Source: Octopus vulgaris (taxonomy: Eukaryota). From it: a DNA stretch of 64,000 nucleotides. Under the pieces are notes generated by a model, which did no database searches, was not told the origin of the DNA, and worked only from the letters and a program-made list of their open reading frames with translations. The position numbers and the translations under genes were made by a program. The DNA lies in NCBI GenBank assembly GCA_951406725.2, contig OX597823.1, positions 69,130,001-69,194,000 of the forward strand, given 5' to 3'. This document shows, piece by piece, positions 1 to 13,605 of this stretch; positions within the stretch are counted from its first letter, which is position 1; the number at the start of each line of letters is the position of its first letter.

Positions 1-129
1 CTGTCATGTTTGTTCCCTTGTCTTTTGGCTTTCTATTTTTCAGCACCTTCTCATCGCTGGCACCACCAAAGAGGAGCAATATTACCATTGAAAGTGTGAA
101 GTTGCGTAGATCCTTTGGGTGATATCTGA

Positions 130-330
130 TGAGGAATTGGCAACCTTCTGTGTTAGATTTCCACTTGTTTGTGCTTATATACACTTGTGAGGAATTTTTT
201 GAGGGACTTTGATTGTCTTTTATGTTTGATCATTTTGTGTATTTTAAATGCTTATTTCATTCTTGGGTCTTGTTTTAGTAGTGGGATGTTCTGGTGATAA
301 TATTATAAACCTCTGTGTTTCTTGGGTTTA
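130..330 (-). pseudogene. Penelope-like retroelement ORF remnant (RT/GIY-YIG linker)
   Basis: Minus strand reads NPRNTEVYNIIT..NIPLLKQDPRMK*AFKIHKMIKHKRQSKSLKKFLTS. This matches the PLE linker pattern NPRN...LxxDxxM...RQxxxLKxxLT, with a stop and frameshift. Confidence 0.5.
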
Positions 331-339
331 TATATATAT

Positions 340-540
340 ATAGTTCAAATTTAGAGAAAACAAAAGATGAAGTCAGGTGAGGGAACAACAGCCAGGTATA
401 TTAATTTGATTGCTTGGGAAGAATGGAAGTCTTTGATGTTTTGAGCTTATGCTCTTTGGCAGAAATTGATGAGAGGGAAAATAATGGAGTTAGGAAAAAA
501 TGGAAAAAAAAAAAAACAGAGAGAGAAAAATATCTGTAGC
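340..540 (-). mobile_element. (TA)n-anchored PLE-type terminal repeat with degenerate hammerhead-like motif
   Basis: Abuts (TA)n and is homologous (reverse orientation) to 15490-15690. Minus strand TTTCTGCCAAAGAGCATAAGCTCAAAACATCAAAGAC. Confidence 0.45.
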
Positions 541-1299
541 AATTAAGGGTTAGAAGAAAGAAGAGGAAAGGAATTATGTAGAATAAATAAAATAAAAATA
601 GAAGTAGAAAAATTAACAGTTTTTAAGATAGTGATAATTATTGTTACTAGTGTCAACATTGTCATCATTGCCTTCGTCTTCCAGGTGGATATTTTTAGAG
701 TTCAACTGAGTATAGCTGTATATTTATAATGAAAAATAAGTTACAGTGCACAAGTTCTGAAATATAAAAATGATTCCTGTTAAATGTTTAAACTTGGCAA
801 AGGTAAGTGAATGGTTGATTAGAAATAGATGAATAACTGAATAAATGTGGTAATAGTTTTAAATTTAGCAATTATTTTTAGCGCTCTCACTTTCATCAAT
901 CATCCTTATGCTCAAGTGAAAATTATTGGATCATCATATCAGGAATATCTGGAATAATTAAATTAAATGAAACCCACGTTAATGTGCCAACTTAATGCTT
1001 GACATATAACTCATCATCTTGTGAATAACTGCGGTTCCATTATATAAGGAGATAAAGAGAACCACTAATAAATTTTAAAATTGAAGTAAAAAGTGGCTTC
1101 AAAAATGATTATTAAATAAATCAAATCAGAGCTGATTTTCTTCAGTTAATAATACTATATAATGAATTAAAGCATTAACAGCTTAAAATTTTCTAACAGA
1201 AGCAAATTGTAATCTCACTTTAAAATTTTTAAGCTTTCTAGAAAGCATGTAATCCATTGTTAAACAAAGCAAAGAATTGTAACTGAAGTTAAATCTAAA

Positions 1300-1700
1300 T
1301 GTTGGATAATGACTGAAAGAGTATGATTGCAAAAACAGGCTGTCAAAATACAGTTTCTTCAAACGATCTCTGGAATAATGCTATTCAATATAGAAGATAC
1401 CTCAGAGATCAGGGCATTTATCCAGATCAAGCAGCGACTTCTCTTCATTGAGAAGTTAGAGTAAAGAATTGCAAGACAACAGTTTCTTCAAGCAAAGCCA
1501 ACAAGCAAGAAACCTTGTGTGTAGACCTAGAACGAAATTGCTGGGATAATATCTATTGTCTCAGTTGGTTATATTAGGGAATCCAGCTGGAAAGTGTACT
1601 GATGGCTGCTTCTGATAGGCTGCTATGGTGGAAGGAGGTGACTGCAGACTGTAAATCCCATAATCTGTCCAGGATGGATGAAAAGATGGAAGAAGTTAAA
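1300..1700 (+). pseudogene. RTE-clade LINE 3' fragment, decayed
   Basis: Reads QAVKIQFLQTISGIMLFNIEDTSEIRAFIQIKQRLLFIEK...RPRT..WDNIYCLSW..GIQ..AASDRLLW, typical of the RTE RT C-terminal region. Multiple disruptions. Confidence 0.6.
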
Positions 1701-1821
1701 ACATTTATACCATAAACCTCAAAGCAAATCAATGATTAAGGTATGTATAAACATATTTTCATGAAAACAAAGGCATCTATATATTAGATAGTAGTAAGAT
1801 AAAGGTGATAAAAGTAACAAC

Positions 1822-2352
1822 AATATTCTTTTCTACTCTAGCCACAAAGCCCGAAATTTTTGGAGGAGAAGTCCAGTCGATTAGATCGACCCTAGTACAC
1901 AACTGGGACTTAATTAACTGACCCCAGAAGGATGAAAGGTAAAGTCAACCTCAGTGGAATTTGAATTCAGAACATAAAGACAGAAGAAAAGAAATGTAAT
2001 ATATTCTTTTCTACACTAATAATAAGGCCTGAAAATTTTCAGGGAGGGGCCCAGTCGATTAGATTGACCCCAGTATGCAAATGGTGCTTAATTTATTGAC
2101 TCCGAAAGGATGAAAATCAACCTTGATGGAATTTGAACTCAGAACATAAAGACAGATGAAAAGAAATATAATAAATTCTTTTGTACTCTTGGCACAAGGA
2201 CCGAAATTTTGGTGGGAGGGGCCCAGTCGATTAGATCGACCCCAGTATACAACTGGTACTTAATTTATCAACCCAAAAGGATGAAAGGCAAAGTCGACCT
2301 CAGCAGAATTTGAACTCAGAACATAAAGACAGACGAAATACTGCTAAGCATT
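1822..2352 (-). mobile_element. SINE family A (tRNA-derived), three tandem ~175-bp units
   Basis: Three head-to-tail repeats of aatattcttttctactct..cacaagg..ccagtcgattagatcgaccccagt..aaggatgaaaggcaaagtcgacctc..gaatttgaactcagaacataaagacaga. B-box-like GAGTTCAAAT on the minus strand. Confidence 0.85.
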
Positions 2353-2359
2353 TAATGGG

Positions 2360-2960
2360 TGATTACATGTGAATACTTATGCTTTGTTTGCTTCCTCATT
2401 GTGAGAATTTTTCCATCATCAAAGACTGGTATTTCTTTTGCCTTGATTATGGTAAGATTGATCAAGATTTTGAGGCATTTTTGTTTCCAGCAGAATATTT
2501 TCGTTTTTTTGCAGTTTGCCCTCTTGTCTACTTGAGTCCATAACTATTGAACAGATACGTCTTGGAATATTAAATTAGATGGTTCTTTTACTATAGGATA
2601 GATGGCAAGATCTAAAAATGGTATATGTTTGTGTTCTTGTTGTAAAGATGGATTCTAATAGTCATATTTTCTCTTAATTGCCAAAATGACTGAAAAAAAA
2701 AAAGAAAGTTATCTTTCATTTGCTTCGAGTGTGAAAGGCACAGAACCATGAATGCTATCTATTAATTTGATAAATCATTTAAAGTTTTCCTCGTTTGTTC
2801 CAAAATATAAATCTGTCATTCAGGAGTCTTTGCCAGTTTTCATTCAAGCAGAATTGAAACTGCAGATCAAAAATAATCCCAGATTAGGTATAAATATTTT
2901 TTCTCCAGGGGAAGGTAATATTAGTTATCACAGAAGATGTAGTTTTTCTCTAGGATAAAT
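2360..2960 (-). pseudogene. Penelope-like reverse transcriptase remnant
   Basis: Minus strand gives LNENWQRLLNDRFIFWN (degenerate W.RYxDDxFIFW), FIKLIDSIHGSVPFTLE and HIPFLDL. Confidence 0.55.
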
Positions 2961-2983
2961 TCTTTTGACTATCACTTTTGAAA

Positions 2984-3001
2984 TACACACACACATGTGT
3001 G

Positions 3002-3045
<44 letters not shown>

Positions 3046-3154
3046 CCATGCTAGCATGGAAAGCGGACGCTAAATGATGATGATGATGATGATGATATAT
3101 ATACACACATACATATATGTATACATATACATATGTATATATATATATATACAC

Positions 3155-3195
<41 letters not shown>

Positions 3196-3894
3196 TACAT
3201 ATATTTATGTATACATTTGCATATGTATATATATATATACACATATATATATATACACATATATACATATGTATATATATACACATATATACATATGTAT
3301 ATATATACACATATATACATATACATATATATACACATATATACATATACATATATATACACATATATACATATACATATATATACACATATATACATAT
3401 ACATATATATATACACATATATACATATGTATATATATACACATATATACATATGTATATATATATACACATATATACATATGTATATATATATATACAC
3501 ATATATACATATGTATATATATATACACATATATACATATGTATATATATATATATACATATATACATATGTATATATATATATATACATATATACATAT
3601 GTATATATATATATATACATATATACATATGTATATATATATATATATATACACACATATATACATATGTATATATATATATATATACATATATACATAT
3701 GTATATATATATATATACACACATATATACATATGTATATATATATATACACATATATACATATGTATATATGTATATATATATATACACATATATACAT
3801 ATGTATATATATATATACACATATATACATATATATATATACACATATATACATATGTATATATATATATTTATATATATATATACACATATAC

Positions 3895-3938
<44 letters not shown>

Positions 3939-4050
3939 GTATATATATATATATACACATATGTATATATATATATATATAAGCATATATACATATATAT
4001 ATATATACATTCACACATATATATATATATATATGTATGTATGTATGTGT
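2984..4050. repeat. Complex (TA)n/(CA)n micro/minisatellite, higher-order unit ~acacatatatacatatgtatatatatat
   Basis: Directly visible. Source of the spurious 200-370 aa Y/I/C/M/V ORFs. Confidence 0.95.
3046..3095 (+). mobile_element. 3' tail of SINE family C inserted in microsatellite
   Basis: ccatgctagcatggaaagcggacgctaaa(tga)n, matching the tails at ~41650 and ~48055. Confidence 0.8.
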
Positions 4051-4279
4051 AATTAATGAGACAGACCAAAGATGGAAAGTACAAGAATCTTCAAAGACCA
4101 CTACAATCATTTTGACCCATCTAGCATCGATCACTGATGAGGAGTGGTATTTCTTGTATCTTCCCTCTCTCTCATTAATTACATAACCAACGAACACTAT
4201 GCCAGTGAATGTGCTTTACTGGCAAATGACCAGGTGTATACCATAGGAATTATTAACTACTATATATATATATATGTAA

Positions 4280-5460
4280 ATGCCAAATGACGAAATGAAC
4301 ACTCAACACTGCATTGGTGGATATATTTCTTTATTTGTGTATTAAGGCTACCATTGGTTTTCATGTTAAGAAAAATAGGAAAATATCCAAGTGGCTTAAC
4401 AATTTTTCAAGCCAATCACATAGAGAAAGGTGTTTGCCACCATTTTGGAAAACAATCTCACTTTGTTCACGGGATTTCTCGTGACTTCACATAAATGAAA
4501 CAAAGAATCGATGAATCAAGGGACATTATCTTGAGTGGCATCTTTTGGATATTTGTCTCCCTTGGATTTGTCTTTTGGGTAAATTCTTTTGTGATTAATT
4601 TGTATGCATTATTTGTTTTTGTTCTGGGCATGGTGTTCTTGTACTTGTATGTTGAGGTAGTTCGTCATTGGGGAATATTTCTTCTTTGTGTGAAGTTTGT
4701 GTGTTATGTGTGTTCATATTTAGGAAAGGGGCTATCTTGGAAGGGTTACCCTCTTTTTTAGGGGCTCTTCTTTGAAATATTTGGGTGTAAAATATTGCTT
4801 GTGTATGCAGGGAGAGAAGGGTTCATCCCTAATGTTTAAGATGTTGGGTGCATAATGTTTAATTTTTCAGTAAAACAGAGTTCACATTTGGTACCCTGTC
4901 CTCTGTATTTTTTGGCTTTAGCAATAATTTTCCATTCTATTTGGCGGTTGCTTATTCAACCTTCTTTCAATGTCCATATCATATTTGATAGGGATGTTGC
5001 ATGGTTTTTTGTTTTTGTCTCTGAATGACACAAGATGTGTATACCTTTACTTGAACAAGTTACCTGTCATTCCGATATACATCTTTACTATTCCGTGATC
5101 TTGGCCTTGTATATGAGTTCTTTCTTGAGATAGTTATTGTTTAGAGGGGGCAATGGTTTGGCAATCTACAGTTGCATTGTCTTTTTGTGGTGTTTCTGGT
5201 GTGTTTATATTTATTGTAATTGAGTATTATTGACCCTATATTGGGGAGGCCACTATAGCTAACTTTAACAGTATTGCAGTTGAAGATCTTGTGGTATTTG
5301 TGTGAATGTGGAAAGTGGTTGTCTATTAGTTTTGAGAATTTCCTAGCTATGTTAGTAGCTACATTCATGTTAGAAGGTGGGTTGAACCATAAGATTTTCC
5401 TCTGTATCTTCTTGGTCCATTTATATTTGGTTCAATGTAGTGTATGCTATTCTTGAAGTT
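4280..5460 (-). mobile_element. Penelope-like element 3' portion with GIY-YIG endonuclease pseudogene
   Basis: Minus strand gives ILWFNPPSN, VATNIARKFSKLIDNHFPHSHKYHKIFNCNTVKVSYS, CNCRLPNHCPL, ELIYKAKI, YIGMTGNLFK, ATSLSNMIWTLKE, WKIIAKAKKY and KCELCFTEK. These are canonical PLE C-terminal motifs, with stops. Confidence 0.85.
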
Positions 5461-5864
5461 ATATGTGTGTGTATGTGTGTGTGTACACATACATATATAC
5501 ATACATATATATAAATATATACTTAAATCTCTGTATATAATGGGATTGAGGATGATGTATATTACCCACCCTTTCACTCAAATTTTAACACACAGTTCAT
5601 TGTTCTTTTGGTAAAAGTTTTTGTGTATATACATATAGGGCTGTAAATGATTTCTGTTTTGGTTGAGATGTAGAGAGAAAGCTGTAAAAAGAGTTATGAT
5701 TAGAATGAATCACAAAAGGAGAATGAATGTAAAATTTTCTATCACTCACAGGGAATTTTGTGATTTCTCCTTCATCAAAGCAGCTTTGCATCTTTTGTAT
5801 TTTAACCTTTCAGCACCAAACATAAAGCTGCCTCCTCTCCTCCACAGCACAACTTAATCAATGG

Positions 5865-6115
5865 GGATCTTACTCTTGTAAGCTATAGTGTAACTTCATT
5901 AGTGCTGGTGCCATGGAAAAAGCACTCAATACTCTGTAGAATGGTTAGCATTACGAAGGTATTCAGCCAGATAAAACATACCAAAAGAAACATTGGAGCA
6001 TGATGTAGTGTTCTAACCCATTAGATTGCTGTCAAACCACCCAACCTATGCCAGCATAGAAGACAGATATTGAAATCTGCTGATGGTGAGATGATTATAA
6101 TGATGATGATGATAA
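5865..6115 (+). mobile_element. SINE family C, degenerate
   Basis: gctggtgccatggaaaaagcac..atggttagcattacgaagg..ccaacctatgccagcatagaagacaga..(gat)n tail. Confidence 0.65.
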
Positions 6116-6177
6116 TGTACATGTAAGTATATATGTGTGTGTGTATCTACACATACACACAAAGTTACATGTATCGG

Positions 6178-6472
6178 ATAGCTGGCTTGGTGGTTAGGGT
6201 ATTGCACTTATGATCTTGAGATCATGGTTTCAGTTCCTAGATCAGGTGGTGCATTGTGTTCTTGAGCAAAACTCTTCATCTCATGTTGCTCTGTGATAAC
6301 TTTGACACTTGAAGAGTGATACACCATGTACCTGTTCAAGCAATGTCCATTTAATGGAGAGAGTGAACTAGTGTATAGCACATACATTTGATACCTACAA
6401 ACAAATCATTTGTGCAGGTCATTTAGCAAAAACTGAACGTTCATACATCGTCTTTGACAAGAGAGTTCATCA
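6178..6472 (+). mobile_element. SINE family D (tRNA head plus CORE-like domain)
   Basis: tggcttggtggttaggg (A-box), ggtttcagttcc (B-box), ttgtgttcttgagcaaaactcttcatctcatgttgct. Homologous to the copy at 57719. Confidence 0.75.
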
Positions 6473-6498
6473 CATATGTGTGTGTATATATCAAACTA

Positions 6499-6570
<72 letters not shown>

Positions 6571-6577
6571 TACTGCT

Positions 6578-6742
6578 TATTTCATCTGTCTTTGTGTTCT
6601 GAGTTCAAATTCTGCTGAGGTCAACTTAACTTTTCATCTTTCGATGGTCAATAAATTAAGTACCAGTTGCATACCAGAGTCAATCTAATTGACTGGACTT
6701 CTCTACAAAAATTTCGGGCCTTGTGCCTAGAGTAGAAAAGAA
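6578..6742 (+). mobile_element. SINE family A, 5'-truncated
   Basis: gttctgagttcaaattctgctgaggtcaac...aaaatttcgggccttgtgcctagagtagaaaagaat. Confidence 0.8.
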
Positions 6743-6795
6743 TATATATATATTCCTGCTCACGCATTCCATGTCACGTTTTATATATGTATGTA

Positions 6796-6844
<49 letters not shown>

Positions 6845-7029
6845 CAAAACACATATATTTGTGTAAGTGTGTGTGTTCAATTTGTTGATGCTTTCTTACA
6901 CAGTATAGATATTTCTTTCTTTTTATTCATTTCAATGAAATTTTGCTCAATGAAAACTGAACACATTTTCCTTTATTAGCATTGCAATATCAAATAAAGT
7001 ATTTTTTTCTTTCACCGCAGATTAGTGAT

Positions 7030-7450
7030 TACCTCAGCAGGTGTTCCATAGCCTCTGGCTCTTTTACTGTTTTCCCACAATCACACATGTGATTGGAAAG
7101 TCCTGGCTCTCATTTAATGTGTGTCATTTTGTTCTACCAACTCTGGTTCCCCACTTTGCCAAGATTGTGTGTCCCTCTGGTGGTAGCTTTTTCACCTCCT
7201 ATCATTTCCATTGTTGTTGAAGGTGAAACGCTATCGTTTCCATGTTCTTTCATCACTTGTAGTTTCAGCATCCAGAGTAGAAAATAATGAGGGAGTTTTT
7301 CTTTGTCTTCAAATGACTTTCTATTGTACTTTTATTTAATGCCTATCTAAGAATCCTATTCCATTGGCAGATGTAAGAGAAACTTCTCTTGGGACAGCAT
7401 GCTGATTTACTATTGTATTTTTGCCCTCAAGAGCAAGTGAAATAAGCACT
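7030..7450 (-). pseudogene. Decayed RTE-like LINE C-terminus
   Basis: Minus strand DAETTSDERTWKR* then HMCDCGKTVK..H, resembling the RTE C-terminal zinc-finger-like tail. Heavily disrupted. Confidence 0.4.
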
Positions 7451-8254
7451 GCACATCAATATATCTTTCATGAAATTGTACAATATTACCACAATACCAA
7501 CCTATGATACCTATTAGAACTGGCTAGTCTCAGCCAGTGAATGTTAAATAACTTTACTGTGGACAACATACTTATTCAGTGTGTGTTTGTATACTTATAT
7601 ATAATTATCTTCATGTATTTCTGTGAGTGTATATATTTGTATTTTCATTTGGATACACAAAGCTAAATTTACATGTAGTATGTGCTTCTGTGTGTTTGTT
7701 CATGTGCCCATGTATGTTTATGAGTACCAGTGTGTATGTATATGTGGGTATATGAAAAAGCACTCACTTGTCATTTGAATTAAGCATTCCCTTTTGTTAT
7801 TCCCATGAACATCTATCACATCCATCTATCATTTGTGATTCCCATACAAACTCAAGTTAAAGCTAAGGCGAAATCGTGTCTTGAAATTGTAGAAAACCAG
7901 AAAGCATTATAGTTCATATATTAAATGAATTCAATAGATTCTTACATCATATGCAGCACAAAAAATCAGAGGTGGTTGCTATGATATAATATAACTGAAA
8001 GAAAATGTCATAGCAGAGAGAATGTTCAAGTGCAACCATAGAAGAATCTGTCAAACAAAAATCATTCTTGATTTCTAACTACCAAAGTTGAATGCAGAGA
8101 ATAAGAATAAGAATAGGAATCAGACCATTGAAGCCAGAGTAAAATTTGAATTTCAGATGAAAAATAATTTATAAATATTCATTATGTCTATATCTATATG
8201 CAATCACACTCTTTTGTTATACAACAGCAGTTTAAAAAAAGAATTTTCATATGT

Positions 8255-8265
8255 TGGTGTGTGTG

Positions 8266-8335
<70 letters not shown>

Positions 8336-8560
8336 TATATATATACATACATATAAATATCTGTATGTATATACATATACACACATATATATATACGTAC
8401 ATATATATACACACACATACATATATATATGATATATATACTTACAAATGCACACACACACACACACACACAAACACACATATATAGTGTATATATATAT
8501 ATAAACTATATATATATGTATGATATATATATACTTACAAATGCACACATACACACATAT
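8255..8560. repeat. (TA)n/(CA)n microsatellite
   Basis: Directly visible. Confidence 0.95.
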
Positions 8561-8689
8561 GTATTTTTTTTAAACCACTGTTGAACAGGCAAGGAAACTT
8601 GTAGATATTCCTTATTTTCTTTATGCTGTATATTTGAGATCTATTCTCAGATGTTTAATCCACATAAAGTCACAGTGACAACAGCACTA

Positions 8690-9360
8690 TCGCGTGACTT
8701 TTAGGGGCCCCCTGCAACTTTTTATTTCAAGGATCCATATCCCGTCAATCAAAATTCGTAATCTACACACCTTTTATCCATAGCTATATTTTACTTTATT
8801 CTATCTGAAGAAAAAAGTGTACACGAGATAAATGTACATGTAGTTTGCGCAAAAATGCCGGCTGGCTTGAAATAATGCCACAAAATGGGACGGTCGGACA
8901 AGTTGTTTTGAGAAAATTTAGTTTAAATGTTTGACAACTCAGCACCATCCATTGGACGGACGGATCATTTTGTTCCCGCAAAAAAATCTCAAATTTTATT
9001 TAATTTGATTTTCGCGGGAAGGAAAATTTCATTGAAGTCATGTATCACCTTGACCTTCGAAACGTGGAGTAGATGAAATTAAGGCGACTGAAGAAGGGGA
9101 TTTTTCCTTGTTTTGTATGTCCTGTACTCTATTTTTTCGTTGTTTAAAAAAATGTTCATTTCCTTGGTTTTGTGTTTATGTTTTCGTCTCTCATTGTGTT
9201 CGACGTATTTTTGGTGTCCTGTACTCATATATGCATGTATATATATACATGTAGAGGTAGGTACGTACATATATGTATGTATATATGCATATGTTTTATT
9301 TATTTTTAATTTATTATATGACGGAACGCACGCATCCATTTCTAAGTAAGATTGTTCTTA
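8690..9360 (+). mobile_element. Unclassified CpG-retaining interspersed repeat, probably young and PLE-related
   Basis: Locally CpG-rich within a CpG-poor background. 8975-9250 is the reverse-orientation homologue of 63180-63470. Confidence 0.5.
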
Positions 9361-9533
9361 ATATATATATATACATACACATGTAATCAATAGTGACAAA
9401 GGCAGTATTAATACCAAAAGAAAAGGCAATATTTATCCCACTTAAAAGTAGATGTGTTTGAACACAGAATACTACATTATTTACCATGAAAGAACCTCAC
9501 ATGCATATATATATGTGTATGTGTGTATGTATG

Positions 9534-9614
<81 letters not shown>

Positions 9615-9615
9615 T

Positions 9616-10867
9616 CAGGGTGTCCCAAAAATATATATATACACTTTAGCAGCTGATAACTCAACTGATGTTTTTTCTTTCCAGATGAAACCCAGTAGAA
9701 TTAATGATGGCAGATAGACTAAGATTTGAACAAAGGAAATCCAATCTAAAATTCTACTGAAAGTGTGAAAACACAGTTGAAGTACAAAGACAGATTAGGA
9801 GGGAGTTTTGAACTGATCCACCAATGTGACTTACCATCACCAAAATTAGAGATTAGTTTGAAGCCGATGGAATTGTTCAGAATGTTCACAAGAAGCATTC
9901 CAGAAGACCATGAACTTCGACAACCCCTACCAACCAAGAAGGAGTGCTGGAAATGTACCACCAATGTCCAAGAAAATCTATTGACAAGCAAGTTGTGAGG
10001 TAGGTATGTCAAAATCGTCTGTCCAATGTATTTTGAAGCATTATCAGTGGAAAAGTTACATTCCAAGATTAGTCTATGCTACTAATGATTATGATCCAGA
10101 CCAAAGAATGAAGTATTGCGAGTGGCAATGTGTAGAAGATGCACACTTTCCAACGAACATTGTGTGGAGTGATGAGGCCACATTCAAATTAAAGGGTTCA
10201 ATTAACAGCCACAATTGCACCTACGATTGAGAATCCACATGTTATGATGGAACACAATGTTAATTTACCAGGAGTTACAGTGAGGTGTGGCTTATCATCA
10301 AGAGGGTTAATTGGACCATTCTTTTTTTATGCTACTGTGACTGGTCCCATTTATTTGAACTTGCTGCAACAGTCTGTCTTTCCAAGCATTAGAGAAGATG
10401 TTGAAGGGGAGGAGTTTTGTTTTCAGCAAGATGGGGCACCTCCACACTACCATCACAATGTTGAATCCTTCCTTCATGAGATCTCACTAAACATGTGGAT
10501 TGGACGAAGGGGTTTCGTTGAATACCCTCTACGTTCACCAGACCTAACACCAATAGACTATTTTATGGGGATACCTAAAAGACAAAGTCTACGCTGTGAA
10601 ACCTGCAACAGTTGCTGATTTGAGAGCAGCCACTGAACGAGAATGCACACAAATACCAAACGTATTGTTTCGGGATGTTTGCAATTCCATTGCTTCTTGT
10701 AGTCAACAATACCTGAACAAGAACGGACATCAGTTTGGAAACAGTTGTTGACAAAACAATAAAATAATGTCTGTAGATTCTATTAAATTTTGAAAACGAA
10801 ATGTATTTTAATAAACACCTACTTTACAATTATCTAAAGTGTGTATACATATTTTTGGGACCCCCTG
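9616..10867 (+). mobile_element. Full-length Tc1/mariner element of DD41D (rosa/Visitor) type; transposase pseudogene ~9740-10750
   Basis: TIRs CAGGGTGTCCCAAAAATATATATATACACTTTAG and CTAAAGTGTGTATACATATTTTTGGGACCCCCTG within (TA)n. Motifs [27 protein letters not shown] and [11 protein letters not shown], with 41 residues between the 2nd and 3rd catalytic D. Split across three ORFs by frameshifts and stops. Confidence 0.92.
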
Positions 10868-11688
10868 TGTATATATATATATATATATACATACATACAT
10901 ATACAGATGTCTGTGGGTGTATGTTTGTGTGTAATTGTGATTGCAACTTGTTACTGAATATTTGCCAATCAGTTGAACATGTTCTTTTTAAGAATGCAGC
11001 CTAAAATTTTATTTGTGGAGCTAAAATGAAGTTAGAAATTTTCAAAAATAATTCATGTCACTATGTCACTAAGAGTATGATATGTATGCACCCATACACA
11101 TACACATTCATGCATACACACACACATATATAGGAGATATCTTATTAATAGCCTAAGATCAAGACTAGTTTTAAGTTTGAAAAAAAAGGAAAAATTAGCA
11201 AGCTAGAGAAATACTGATGCCAAATTAATAGAGCAGAAAAGTAAAAATATATATGATATATATGTATATAAATTGGCCATGAATAGATCGTCTGAACAGC
11301 ATCCAAGTAGGGCTTAATTTACTTGGCTTCAGTTATACATACAACCTATGATGAGGTTTTTGCAAAACAAAATATGGTTTGAGAGAGAGCAGTATATATG
11401 TATACATATATACATTCACACAAGCACACACATATATGTATATATATAAAAATTTCTATACACTTTGAGAGAATGTAAAATAATTTTCTTTTAAAATGGT
11501 GGATCTCAAAGCAGAAAAAGCTATAATACTGTGTAAATATTGGGTTAAAAATCCTTTGGGTAGAAAAAGTTGAAGGCTGCACAGGGGAAACATGATGTAA
11601 CATCCCCTGTAAACATTACAAGGGGAGATGCAGGCTTGTGTCCCTTGGGTAGCTTTTGAAGTTTTCTATCCAAAGGGATTTTTAGCCC

Positions 11689-12165
11689 TATACATACATA
11701 CATACATACATACATACACATACATACATACATACATACACATACATACATACATACATACATATATACATATGCATATATATGTAAATATACATACATA
11801 TGCATATATATATATACATACATATATATATATACACACATATATATATACGTATGCATATATATGTATATATACATACATATGCATATATATATATATA
11901 TATACATATATATATACACACATATATATATACATATGCATATATATGTATATATACATACATATGCATATATATATATATATATATACATACATATGCA
12001 TATATATATATATATACATACATATATATACACACATATACATACATACATATATATGCACACATATACATATATATGCACACATATACATACATACATA
12101 TATATGCACACATATACATACATACATACATACACATATATATATATATATATATGTATGTATAT
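11689..12165. repeat. (TACA)n/(TA)n complex microsatellite
   Basis: Directly visible. Confidence 0.95.
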
Positions 12166-12290
12166 AAATTAGAGAAGAACCACCATGTAGCAATTCAACA
12201 ATGATATAATTAAATCATACCATATAGAAAAAAATTAAATATATGATAAATCATTTACCTAGAACTAAATAAATTGCAAAATAATAAATA

Positions 12291-12338
<48 letters not shown>

Positions 12339-12417
12339 TAAATGTAAGAACTTACTGTTAACAAGGCTGTGTGGCGTTCGATTATAAATAAATAAAAAAA
12401 ATACACAGTAAGAACAG

Positions 12418-12837
12418 AACATCAACAACGAATGAAAAATACGTAAACACATAATGAGAGACAATTAGGGGACAAAATACCAAAGGAAGTCTTACTCCTC
12501 CTCAGTTATCAAATGTTTATTACTCCCTATTTTGAGCTTTCAACAACAAGACAGGAAAACTTCAGACCTTAATGCTTGTCTTCATCGATTGTTCACTCTG
12601 TACATCCATGCTATTGCTGTTTGTTCGTTTGAAGCCCTAACTCTCCACAAATTTTATATTTTTGAAATTTCTGGATGCTGCTGTCTTATGAAGTTTTCCT
12701 ATCTTGCCATTGATAACTTGAAATTGGGAGTAATAAACAGTCGACAACTGAGGAGGAGTTAGACTTCTTTTAGTATTTTATCCCATACTTATCTCTCATT
12801 GTGTGTTTATTTACTTTTCACTCGTTGTTGATTTCCT
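12418..12837. repeat. Fold-back element with ~150-bp imperfect inverted arms
   Basis: 12418-12568 is the reverse complement of 12683-12837 (e.g. gtcttactcctcctcagtt / aactgaggaggagttagac). Spacer ~115 bp. Confidence 0.8.
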
Positions 12838-13605
12838 TTTTTTGCTAATTTTTTTGGTATTTAGACCTGTACTTACCTCTCATGTATTTACAGGTTTTTA
12901 CTCATTGGTGATGTACTGTACTTAATATATATTTTTTTAAATTTATATATATAAAGAATATAAAGTTTTGAATGTTACAACAATGCACTATAATACAAAC
13001 AGTGGGCTATATACCTGTTCTAATTTAGTCATCCATAGTCTGATGATATTTCGGAATAAAATTCCTTCTTCAGACATTCTTGGATGGAGTCACTACTATA
13101 ATTGGTTTTCCAACAGCTTTTCTTTTTAATTTTTCTTTTACACACACACACACATTCATATATATATATATATATATTTATATACACACACACACACACA
13201 CAAGTATATATAGCGTTTTGTCATTGGTAGGATCAATAAAAAATAAGTACTTTATCTAGTGTGAGGTGAATATCTTAACATCCACAATTTAAATAGTTCC
13301 ATACTGTAGAGATATAATAATTTGGCAGATTTATATAACGTGCCATGCTCAGTACTTACCATTAGACATATTTAAAAAAAAAACTGAGATGCTGCTCTAT
13401 GAAAAAATAATCAGAAATAACAGGAAGTAAAACATGAAGAAGGTTAAGGCAAAAAGTGGAATTTGAAGAAATAAAAGGAAAGTAAGAAAACCAAGACCTT
13501 CGTCCTGTTTGACAGTAGAAATCATAAGTAATCTAGAGCAATATAATGGAGATAAAGTCAAAGTCTGTGAGATGGCCACTCAATCCAGAGAGGGTATTTC
13601 AGCTA

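Noticed and set aside
684-801. Plus-strand exon with cttccag| and AAG|gtaagt
   Set aside because: Stops in all frames, no partner exons, and opposite to the inferred transcription direction.
2972-4084. 300-370 aa Tyr/Ile-rich ORFs in several frames (also at 8.2, 11.5-12.2 and 59.3 kb)
   Set aside because: Translations of (TA)n/(CA)n microsatellites, which lack stops on both strands.
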